64,000 nucleotides of DNA from an uncultured Clostridium sp. (GTDB taxonomy: Bacteria; Bacillota; Clostridia; Christensenellales; CAG-138), in contig CAZTFU010000003.1 in assembly GCA_964612925.1 (NCBI GenBank), forward strand, positions 23,425-87,424, written 5' to 3'. Each line of letters begins with the position of its first letter. Positions within the stretch are counted from its first letter, which is position 1. Position numbers and translations under genes: made by a program. The notes below the pieces were generated by a model. That model did no database searches. It worked only from the letters and a program-made list of their open reading frames with translations, and was not told where the DNA came from. Below are positions 36,608 to 43,966 of this stretch, in pieces.

Positions 36608-37021
36608 TTACCCTTCGGGCGTTGGTGTTACCTCAGTTACATCGTCTGCGACTTCAATGTCGGCAGTGCCCTCGGGTATGGGGGTTTCGTGGTTGCATGT
36701 TATCTTGCTGTATGTCACTGTGTCCCCGTCAACAGACTCTATTGTCCAACTCGGGTCAGGCGATTCCGTGGGCATATATACCTTCCATGTCTGTTTTGTA
36801 TCGTTACGTGTGTTATCTATCTGACATTTTACAAATTCGTTAACATAACCATACGCATCGCCGGGGTTGTAACTGGGTGTTTTCTTGGGGCTCGGGGTTA
36901 TTTTTGGCCTTGAGGTGGGCGTCACGGTCGGTTCTGCCTCCTCAACGGGTTTCGCGCAGGCGGAAAAGGCGAGCACGAGCAATAACACTATAAATAAGAA
37001 AAACCTAAACTTAGATTTCAT
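36608..37021 (-). CDS. Small lipoprotein, single module (mosaic of its two neighbours)
   Basis: 137 aa. The N-terminal 48 aa resemble 36145-36576. The C-terminal module and tail are nucleotide-identical to 35703-36113 over 130 bp. Confidence 0.8.
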   Translation of the reverse strand: MKSKFRFFLFIVLLLVLAFSACAKPVEEAEPTVTPTSRPKITPSPKKTPSYNPGDAYGYVNEFVKCQIDNTRNDTKQTWKVYMPTESPDPSWTIESVDGDTVTYSKITCNHETPIPEGTADIEVADDVTEVTPTPEG

Positions 37022-37040
37022 ATGTTTCCCTCCTGTTATG

Positions 37041-37075
37041 TTTATTTAATCGAAGGGGGCGTAAGTCTCGCCCCC
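37041..37075 (-). terminator. Terminator of the small Cys-rich gene 37089-37394
   Basis: Minus strand gggggcg-agactta-cgccccc followed by ttcgattaaataaa. Confidence 0.55.
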
Positions 37076-37088
37076 ACTCGATGCACAA

Positions 37089-37394
37089 TTATTTGTGCTT
37101 ACATGTTATTTTGGACTTCAATACGGTATCAGTATATGCAACGCTACAGTTAGGATTGGAACACTCCCACAATTCGTCAACATACCATGTCTGCTTGATA
37201 TCGTTATTCACTTTGGTTATACTGCAATAAACAAGAGTGTTTTTATACCCATACGGGTCAGATACCTCTACACGTTGCATTACGCCATTTTCGCACGCAG
37301 TGCACCCTTCTGCCCTTGCCAAGGCAAGCGCGCCAAATGTTGCAAGCACAATAATTACGCACATCATCAGTGCAAATTTTTGTACACTTCTCAT
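37089..37394 (-). CDS. Exported small Cys-rich protein (family S, member 2)
   Basis: 101 aa. Signal peptide MRSVQKFALMMCVIIVLATFGALALARA|E. C-x2-C...C...W-E-C-x3-C...C-K-H. Confidence 0.75.
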   Translation of the reverse strand: MRSVQKFALMMCVIIVLATFGALALARAEGCTACENGVMQRVEVSDPYGYKNTLVYCSITKVNNDIKQTWYVDELWECSNPNCSVAYTDTVLKSKITCKHK

Positions 37395-37575
37395 AATTTC
37401 TACCTCCGTTTTCTTAAGTTATGTCGTTCGCGGTTGCCCGCTTTACTGCTCGACCCGCCCACATAGACAAAGTGAGCTACTTTGGAAAATGAACCGACCC
37501 CGTCGGTTCGGGGGTATCTTCATTCATGACCATGAATGTTAAGTTAATAGTACCATATATGCCGCTACATGGCAA
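37395..37575 (-). promoter_or_regulatory. Promoter (TTGCCA-17-TACTAT, 37547-37575) plus leader L3
   Basis: Leader contains the 8+8 palindrome cattcatg-gt-catgaatg at the predicted transcript start. It also holds hairpin gaaccgac-ggg-gtcggttc followed by attttcc. Confidence 0.55.
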
Positions 37576-37614
37576 GTCTTTTCTCAATCCCGTTTAATGT
37601 TAATTTTCTTAACA

Positions 37615-38082
37615 TTAAACCTCGGGTGTCGGTGTTACCTCAGTGATCTCCTCTGCGCCCTCAATCTCGGCAGTGCCCTCAGTCTCCTCGGGATGAAACG
37701 CATACGGATCGGGGGTTTCGTGGTCGCATTTTATGCTGCTGTATGTCACTATGTCCCCGTCAACGGACTCTATCGTCCAATTTGGGTCAGGCGTGCCGAT
37801 TGGTTTATATATTTTCCATGTTGTTTTTTCATCGCGTGCAGTTGTATCTATCTCACACTGCAGATACTCATATTCAAAGCCATATCGAACGCCGGGTGTA
37901 GGTTTTGGCGTTACCTTGGGCCCGGGCGTAATTTTAGGTCTTGATGCCGCCGTTACGGCAGGAGTTACGCTTGACTTTGGTGTTGATGAAGGTTCATCCA
38001 CATCAGCAGGCTTTGCACAGGCGGAAAGGACAAGAATAAGCAACAATACTATAGCTACGAAACACCTTGTTTTTTTCTTCAT
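37615..38082 (-). CDS. Small lipoprotein, single module
   Basis: 155 aa; lipobox VLSAC; TTWKIYKPIGTPDPNWTIESVDGDIVTYSSIKCDHE; tail shared with 36145-36576. Confidence 0.8.
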   Translation of the reverse strand: MKKKTRCFVAIVLLLILVLSACAKPADVDEPSSTPKSSVTPAVTAASRPKITPGPKVTPKPTPGVRYGFEYEYLQCEIDTTARDEKTTWKIYKPIGTPDPNWTIESVDGDIVTYSSIKCDHETPDPYAFHPEETEGTAEIEGAEEITEVTPTPEV

Positions 38083-38108
38083 GTTTTTCCCTCCCGTAAT
38101 GTTTGTTT

Positions 38109-38135
38109 AGCGGAGCAGAGATGCTCTGCTCCGCT
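38109..38135. terminator. 12-bp perfect hairpin downstream of 38146-38451 (no clear U-tract)
   Basis: agcggagcagag-atg-ctctgctccgct. Confidence 0.35.
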
Positions 38136-38145
38136 TTCGACATTG

Positions 38146-38451
38146 TCAATGGTTGCAGATTATTTTACTATGCTGTACTCTGCTTTCGGTATACCTGTTA
38201 TTACACTTTGGATTTGAACACTCCCATATTTCATTTACATACCACGTTACCTTAGTGTCATTCTTTAATCCAGTTTTATTGCAATACACCATAGTATAGG
38301 AGTATTCATCTAAATCTTCCGTGCTACTAAGTTGGAAATACCCATTTTCACATACGGTGCATCCGTCAACCCTTGCCAAGGCAAGTGCGCCAAATGTTGC
38401 AAGCACAATAATTACGCACATCATCAGTGCAAATTTTTGTACACTTCTCAT
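38146..38451 (-). CDS. Exported small Cys-rich protein (family S, member 3)
   Basis: 101 aa. Signal peptide identical to member 2. The mature part has diverged but keeps the Cys/His pattern. Confidence 0.75.
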   Translation of the reverse strand: MRSVQKFALMMCVIIVLATFGALALARVDGCTVCENGYFQLSSTEDLDEYSYTMVYCNKTGLKNDTKVTWYVNEIWECSNPKCNNRYTESRVQHSKIICNH

Positions 38452-38633
38452 AATTTCTACCTCCGTTTTCTTAAGTTATGTCGTTCGCGGTTGCCCGCTT
38501 TACTGCTCGACCCGCCCACATAGACAAAGTGAGCTACTTAGGGAAAATGAACCGACCCCGTCGGTTCGGGGGTATCTTCATTCATGGCCATGAATGTTAA
38601 GTAAATAGTACCATATATGCCACTGCATAACAA
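38452..38633 (-). promoter_or_regulatory. Second copy of promoter plus leader L3 (TTGTTA-17-TACTAT)
   Basis: About 97% identical to 37395-37575. Confidence 0.5.
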
Positions 38634-38660
38634 GTTAACAAAATGTTAATTCTTTTGCCG

Positions 38661-39581
38661 CTATCCCTCGGGCGCAGGTGTCGGCTCGGCGGCGGCATCG
38701 TCTGTTATTTCTGTGTCGATATCGGCCTCGGGTACGGGCGTTTCGTGGTCGCATATCAGCATACCGTATGTTACAACAGCCCCGTCATCATCTATCACTA
38801 TCCAGCTCGGGTCGGGCGACTCGGTTGGCATGTACACTTCCCACGTCATTAACATGTCCCACCGCGTGCCGTCTATAGCGCACCGTTGGGATTCGTATAT
38901 ATAGTCGGTTGAAGCACCGGGTTCGGGCGATTGGTCGGCATATGCCTTGTGATTTTTGGGACAAACTGCTCGAGTATAATATATCCACTCGCCGTCTGCA
39001 CTCTCCCCTCTATATTTCCATGAACTATCGGGTACAAAGCCGCTCGATGTGTGTATTTGCATTTCGAATTCGTTATCCCACAATTCTAACCACGGATTTA
39101 ATTGGCATCTTGTCTGAAAACCCATTTTTTGAACACACCAATGTTTCATAGGACATACGCGCCCCTCATAAAAGGTCAATATGCCGTTTTCGCTCGATAT
39201 AAGCTCGCCCCATTCCTCGTACTTATATTCGGCGTTATACAGTTCCTCCCGCACGATTCGCGTTCTGTAATAATCTGTATCCTCGGGATCGATTTCGCAT
39301 GGGGTATCTTCGTCAATTATTTTCACGTGATCGCATATTATTTTGCTGTATGTCACCACTCGCCCGTCAACAGATTCCACCGTCCAGTACTTGTCTGGCG
39401 TTTCAACGGGAGATTTCACCTTCCACGTTTCCTTGGTATCCGTTTGGGTTTCATCCACGGCACAAACAATTGTTTCGGTTGTAATGTCATACCGCGTGTC
39501 GGTTTCCTTCTTAAACATCGTGCAGGATGAAAGAGTTAAAAGCAACAAAGCAAATATCAATACATTTATTGTCCGTTTCAT
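38661..39581 (-). CDS. Lipoprotein, WKV/TYSK-CxH module family (4 modules)
   Basis: 306 aa with lipobox LTLSSC. Modules end in DGRVVTYSKIICDH, ENGILTFYEGRVCPMKH, DGEWIYYTRAVCPKNH and DGAVVTYGMLICDHE. Tail ends PTPAPEG. Confidence 0.8.
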   Translation of the reverse strand: MKRTINVLIFALLLLTLSSCTMFKKETDTRYDITTETIVCAVDETQTDTKETWKVKSPVETPDKYWTVESVDGRVVTYSKIICDHVKIIDEDTPCEIDPEDTDYYRTRIVREELYNAEYKYEEWGELISSENGILTFYEGRVCPMKHWCVQKMGFQTRCQLNPWLELWDNEFEMQIHTSSGFVPDSSWKYRGESADGEWIYYTRAVCPKNHKAYADQSPEPGASTDYIYESQRCAIDGTRWDMLMTWEVYMPTESPDPSWIVIDDDGAVVTYGMLICDHETPVPEADIDTEITDDAAAEPTPAPEG

Positions 39582-39600
39582 AATTCCCTCCTAAATATAT

Positions 39601-39639
39601 TCTAAAATAGAGATATGCGGGGTGCAGAGCACCCCCGCA
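39601..39639 (-). terminator. Terminator of permease paralogue 4
   Basis: Minus strand tgcgggggtgc..gcaccccgca followed by tatctctatttt. Confidence 0.5.
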
Positions 39640-39656
39640 ACATACTTATACCGCTC

Positions 39657-41747
39657 TTACTCCCCTGCTCGTGGCAGCAGCTCACGCGGTTCTTTACGGA
39701 GATAGCCTACAATGCGGAATATCACTCCGCCCAAGAACAGCACAAGTGCCACTCCGCCTGCGATAAGCGTTACGTTCAGCGTGGCCTCAAGTGCAAACTC
39801 CATCTCTACATTTGATGTGTCGGTAAGGTATGCGCTGAATCCGCGGTATTCCTCGGGCGTGGTGTCGGCATTCGAAACTATGTTCTCTGCCACCTGCTGT
39901 GTAAGAGTATGACCTGCATATGCACCGATTCCCGTGCCGAGCAATGCTATTATTATTGCTCCGAGCATTACGGCGATAAAGCTCCTTATTTTGCTATTAC
40001 CGAGCAATCTCATTGTGCCGATGCTCTGCTTATTCGCCTGTGCATAGAAGAATGAAAGCAGCAGTGCCGCAATTACAAGCAGTGCGCCCGACAGCAGCAA
40101 CAACAGCTCCGCAGTGCCGCTGAGTGCTTCAAGGCTTGGCTGTATGCGCGAATAGCCCTGATCGTAGAATGTAAATTTGGCTTCATAATCGCCTTCTTTG
40201 CGGCCTGTGATGCCGTTTTCCTCCATATACTCGAGGAAGGGCTCTATCTTGCCGTTTTCAAGCCACAGCGTCATAAGTGCGCCCGTGACCTGCCTATCTT
40301 CCTCCGCAGGGGCGTTGGGCACGGATGCGGCAGGGATGTATATCGTGTTCCACGACACGCTGAGCGTGGATATAGCTACCTCGGAATTGCCCGTAACGGG
40401 TCTTGTCTGGTACACGCCCACAATTTCATATTCGCCGCTGTCAAAGAAGTTGTCGGGCTCGGTAAATGTATAATAGGGCCTTAATGTGTTGCCGTATATC
40501 GTGGCGTTGACAAAATAGTCATATTCATAGAAGCTGAAATCTATCTTGTCGCCGACCTTCCAGCGCTGTGCGTTCGCCAAATCCGCGCTTATCATGCAGA
40601 CCTTTGCGCCGCTTTCATACTCTTCCTCGGTTATCATTCGACCGTCTTGCACATACATATTTCCAAGGTGGAATGCAGGCACGCCGTTTACATCGTTTGT
40701 CGCCATCACCGCAAAAGAACGTGTGTTCACTTTGTATGCATAGAATATTTGTTCGTATTTTGCAAGCAGTTCCGGGTCAGCCTCAAGGTCGGAATATTTA
40801 TATACGGGAAAGAGCTGTTCCCCCTCCGTGTGATAGTTACGGTATGCATATTCGCTTTCTCCTGCCGCATATCGATATGACCATTCCACAAAAAAATCAT
40901 CATATTCGTAGGTGATCCAGTCGGGAACATATTTACCGTTTATATTCATTCTTCCCTCGTGATTCGCCTCCTGCGAGATATATCCCGACACAATATATTC
41001 CGTATTCGGTTCTATCACTATGGTGTTATATACTCCGCCGCCGTTAAGCCTATCCAGCGCATCGTTTATATCTTCGGAAAAACTCATCCACTCATACAGG
41101 CGTATTTCAAACACCATATTTCTGTTTTTATATGCATATGCATCCGTTGCGGATTCCACAACATCCAAAATATAATACCGAATCGGAACGGAACCACCGA
41201 TTAGCGGCAAACCGTTTTCCAATTTATACTTATCATTGTCTAAATAGATGCGATAGTTACCGTCATCAATGTACTCGCCAATATCGAACCACGGCTTATC
41301 CTCCTCCGCTTGTTTCTGATTCTCGGGCACTATTTTGAACCGTATTATATCCCGATGAAAAAGCGGCTCCGTTCTGGTTTTATTCAGGGCAATATTATCC
41401 TCGCTGTATGCGCCGTAGCGCGCGCGAAGATCGTATTTTATAACGCTTGGGGCGTTCACTATGGGCGTAAGGTCATAATCATTCACGGTAAGGCTATGAT
41501 AGCCCGCGTAATCCTCTGCCGTGGAAATATCCTCTATAAGGTTGCCGCGGGTGTCAACATCGGCATACAGCTCCATTACGGCAATGGTGGTGTAGGTATC
41601 CGCCGCAAGGCGAATGTTCTGCTGACTGTTGTTGTACAGGTTCAAGCTCATGCAGAAAAATGCCGTAAGCAGTATCAGCACAAGAACGTACAGCAACGTC
41701 CGCATGGGTTTACGAAACATCTGCCTTAAAAACATAACAACGTGCAT
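39657..41747 (-). CDS. Orphan FtsX/MacB-type permease (paralogue 4 of 4)
   Basis: The start is moved to MHVVMFLRQMF (AAGGAGGG 5 nt upstream), which matches the start of paralogue 3. About 696 aa. Confidence 0.75.
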   Translation of the reverse strand: MHVVMFLRQMFRKPMRTLLYVLVLILLTAFFCMSLNLYNNSQQNIRLAADTYTTIAVMELYADVDTRGNLIEDISTAEDYAGYHSLTVNDYDLTPIVNAPSVIKYDLRARYGAYSEDNIALNKTRTEPLFHRDIIRFKIVPENQKQAEEDKPWFDIGEYIDDGNYRIYLDNDKYKLENGLPLIGGSVPIRYYILDVVESATDAYAYKNRNMVFEIRLYEWMSFSEDINDALDRLNGGGVYNTIVIEPNTEYIVSGYISQEANHEGRMNINGKYVPDWITYEYDDFFVEWSYRYAAGESEYAYRNYHTEGEQLFPVYKYSDLEADPELLAKYEQIFYAYKVNTRSFAVMATNDVNGVPAFHLGNMYVQDGRMITEEEYESGAKVCMISADLANAQRWKVGDKIDFSFYEYDYFVNATIYGNTLRPYYTFTEPDNFFDSGEYEIVGVYQTRPVTGNSEVAISTLSVSWNTIYIPAASVPNAPAEEDRQVTGALMTLWLENGKIEPFLEYMEENGITGRKEGDYEAKFTFYDQGYSRIQPSLEALSGTAELLLLLSGALLVIAALLLSFFYAQANKQSIGTMRLLGNSKIRSFIAVMLGAIIIALLGTGIGAYAGHTLTQQVAENIVSNADTTPEEYRGFSAYLTDTSNVEMEFALEATLNVTLIAGGVALVLFLGGVIFRIVGYLRKEPRELLPRAGE

Positions 41748-41784
41748 ATTTTCCCTCCTTATGCGCTCATTTAATGTTAAATTT

Positions 41785-41813
41785 ATATTATCATATACGG
41801 TATATACCGTCAA
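41785..41813 (-). promoter_or_regulatory. Promoter TTGACG-17-TAATAT with an embedded 14-bp perfect palindrome ACGGTATATACCGT
   Basis: Hexamers and palindrome (41796-41809) read directly upstream of permease paralogue 4. Confidence 0.5.
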
Positions 41814-41846
41814 GAATTCTTAACGGCACATCCCGTTTTTTTGCTC

Positions 41847-42590
41847 TTACTCATCTGCCTTTTCGGCCAACGCAGCATAGGCCGCGGCATACGCCTCATG
41901 CTGTTCGTTGCAAGATATTTTCGAGTAATACTCCCAATCGCCTTCCGTATATTCATAGGTATAACCCTTGCCCGGCTTTGTCGAGAGCCAAGCGGGAACT
42001 TTCAAATATGATTTACAATCAAACAAGCCTGACTCGGGGCACAATTGACATGGAACAAGTTCGTCCATATCATCGCAACGAACAAATTGATGAATTATAT
42101 CGTTGCATTTAAGTGAAACCTCGTATGTTACAAATCCGTCTTCCGCTGATACTAATTTCCAGTTTGCCGGCTTTTCTTTTTTATTTGCGGTTTCTTCAAG
42201 CATGGTATAATAATACTGTAGGTCTGTTTCATCGGGATTATACGGACACTGAACCTCTTTGGTCGTACACTTCATGTGGTCGCAATACGTTTTGCTATAT
42301 GTTATAACATCCCCATCCACTTCTTCAACTACCCAAGCGGGGTCGGGCGATTCTGTAGGAGATTTTACTTTCCATATATCCTTTGTATCCTTCCTGTCCT
42401 CGTTCACTCTGCATGTAATGCGCTCCCTGTGGCGGTCAAAGCTTTCTCCCGCTTGGGGTTCGGGAGTGGGGGTGGGGAGTGCGGTAGGCAGCGGTGTTGG
42501 CTCCGTTTCATCAGCGGTCACATTCGGTGCGCAGGAAACAAGCTGTGTTATTATCAGTACGGTGATGAGTAAACCGAATAGCTTTTTCAT
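41847..42590 (-). CDS. Lipoprotein, WKV/TYSK-CxH module family (3 modules)
   Basis: The start is moved to MKKLFGLL (GGAGGG upstream). Lipobox QLVSC. Modules: DGDVITYSKTYCDH, EDGFVTYEVSLKCNDIIH, EGDWEYYSKISCNEQH. Confidence 0.8.
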   Translation of the reverse strand: MKKLFGLLITVLIITQLVSCAPNVTADETEPTPLPTALPTPTPEPQAGESFDRHRERITCRVNEDRKDTKDIWKVKSPTESPDPAWVVEEVDGDVITYSKTYCDHMKCTTKEVQCPYNPDETDLQYYYTMLEETANKKEKPANWKLVSAEDGFVTYEVSLKCNDIIHQFVRCDDMDELVPCQLCPESGLFDCKSYLKVPAWLSTKPGKGYTYEYTEGDWEYYSKISCNEQHEAYAAAYAALAEKADE

Positions 42591-42605
42591 AATATCCCTC
42601 CGTAT

Positions 42606-42637
42606 TATTAAAAAGGAATGGGGAGCAAAGCTCCCCA
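42606..42637 (-). terminator. Terminator of the small Cys-rich gene 42653-42979
   Basis: tggggagc-ttt-gctcccca followed by ttccttttt on the minus strand. Confidence 0.65.
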
Positions 42638-42652
42638 AATAAACGCGCCGTT

Positions 42653-42979
42653 TTAGCCCGCGTTATGCGGTCCGTGGTCACATATGTATACTTCTTCATA
42701 ACGATATGTCTCGTATTCATAACCACAATCTTTATTGTCGCACTTCCATGTGGTCGTATAGCGATACGTTACAATAGAGTCGGTTGCGCCAACCGTATTA
42801 TTGCAGGGTGTCGGCACGCTCTTGTATTTTGTCTTTACCGTATTCCCCTTTCTTACCGTTCCTTCGTTGCATTCTTCGCACGGTTCACCTCTTGCCGCAA
42901 CAAGCGCAGTAAATGCTGTAAGCACCATAAGCGCACACATCAGCAAGGCAAATGTTTTGACAGTCTTTGTTGATTTCAT
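42653..42979 (-). CDS. Exported small Cys-rich protein (family S, member 4)
   Basis: 108 aa. Signal peptide MKSTKTVKTFALLMCALMVLTAFTALVAAR. C-x2-C...C...W-K-C-x3-C...C-D-H. Confidence 0.75.
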   Translation of the reverse strand: MKSTKTVKTFALLMCALMVLTAFTALVAARGEPCEECNEGTVRKGNTVKTKYKSVPTPCNNTVGATDSIVTYRYTTTWKCDNKDCGYEYETYRYEEVYICDHGPHNAG

Positions 42980-43166
42980 TTTTCTTCCTCCTTTAATAAG
43001 TTTGTCCTTCTGCGGTCAAATCCGCAGATACAGCCCCATCGCCGCAGGCGTTTCTGCCCACCCGATTCAAGGGGGAATAGCCGACTTTCATCGGTACAAC
43101 AACACATTCGCGCCAAATTATGGCAGGAACTGATTTTATATTATCATACGCAGTATGCGCTGTCAA
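42980..43166 (-). promoter_or_regulatory. Promoter (TTGACA-17-TAATAT, 43138-43166) plus ~150-nt leader L2
   Basis: Leader hairpins ccgat-gaaa-gtcgg (GNRA loop) and ctgcgg-atttga-ccgcag, then RBS AAAGGAGG. Confidence 0.55.
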
Positions 43167-43201
43167 CGGTTTTTTGGCTGTGAAGCGGTCTGTTTTCGCC
43201 C

Positions 43202-43936
43202 TTACTCCTCTGCCTTTTCGGACGATGTACCGTATTTTTCGGCGTAAGTTGCGTGCATATCATCGCATTCTATGTAAGAGTAAACATCCCACTCTCCTTC
43301 CGTATATTCATAGGTATAACCTTCGCTTGGTTTTTCTCTGTCCTCAAGCGAAGCAAGCACCTTTAAATACCACTTAGTATCGTACACATATATCGTCTCA
43401 CCATTATAAATAAATTCAGGACATAGTTGGCATGGAATTTCATCTGTTTCCTTCATATGTTTATACCTGTGAAGGTTAAGCGTGCATTCAACCGAACTTT
43501 TGTACGTTACAATTCCGTTTTCGTTCGATACCACTTCGTAGTTTGACCCAAATCCGCTCCGGTTTGCCGTTTCTTCAAGCATGGTATAATACAGTTGTTC
43601 ATGTGTATCTTCGGAGTTAATGGGACAAGGGACTGTTTTTTTACCTATTTTTATATGGTCGCAATACGTTTTGCTGTATGTTACAACGTCACCGTCCACT
43701 TCTTCCACTACCCAACTTGGGTCGGGCGATTCGGTGGGGGATTTTACCTTCCATGTGTCCTTTGTATCCTTTTCATTCTCATCTACTCTGCATGTAACGC
43801 GCTCCCTGTGGCGGTCAAAGCTTTCGCCCGCTTGAAGCTCCGGAGTAGGTTCTGCGGCCTGTTCAACCTCGGATGCACATGCAAACATAACCAATGCCAC
43901 GGCCACGCACAGCAATATGCACAGTAACTTTTTCAT
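43202..43936 (-). CDS. Lipoprotein, WKV/TYSK-CxH module family (3 modules)
   Basis: Start at MKKLLCILL. Cys of VMFAC is the likely lipidation site. Modules: DGDVVTYSKTYCDH, ENGIVTYKSSVECTLNLH, EGEWDVYSYIECDDMH. Confidence 0.75.
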   Translation of the reverse strand: MKKLLCILLCVAVALVMFACASEVEQAAEPTPELQAGESFDRHRERVTCRVDENEKDTKDTWKVKSPTESPDPSWVVEEVDGDVVTYSKTYCDHIKIGKKTVPCPINSEDTHEQLYYTMLEETANRSGFGSNYEVVSNENGIVTYKSSVECTLNLHRYKHMKETDEIPCQLCPEFIYNGETIYVYDTKWYLKVLASLEDREKPSEGYTYEYTEGEWDVYSYIECDDMHATYAEKYGTSSEKAEE

Positions 43937-43966
43937 AATATGTTCCCTCCTGTAACTCATAAGCCC

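Noticed and set aside
41748-41813. N-terminal extensions of track ORFs (39657-41813, 45379-47997, 41847-42638, 43202-43960, 43967-44767, 52787-53323, 49190-51115 and others)
   Set aside because: Internal ATGs with proper RBS spacing reproduce the N-termini of the paralogues or abut the upstream stop codons. The extensions lack an RBS.
42980-43137. Known riboswitch class in the small-gene leaders
   Set aside because: I looked by eye for the B12 box, TPP (CTGAGA..ACCTGA), SAM-I, purine, glycine, lysine, c-di-GMP, ZTP, fluoride, yybP-ykoY, NiCo and T-box signatures. None was recognisable. This needs cmscan to be certain.
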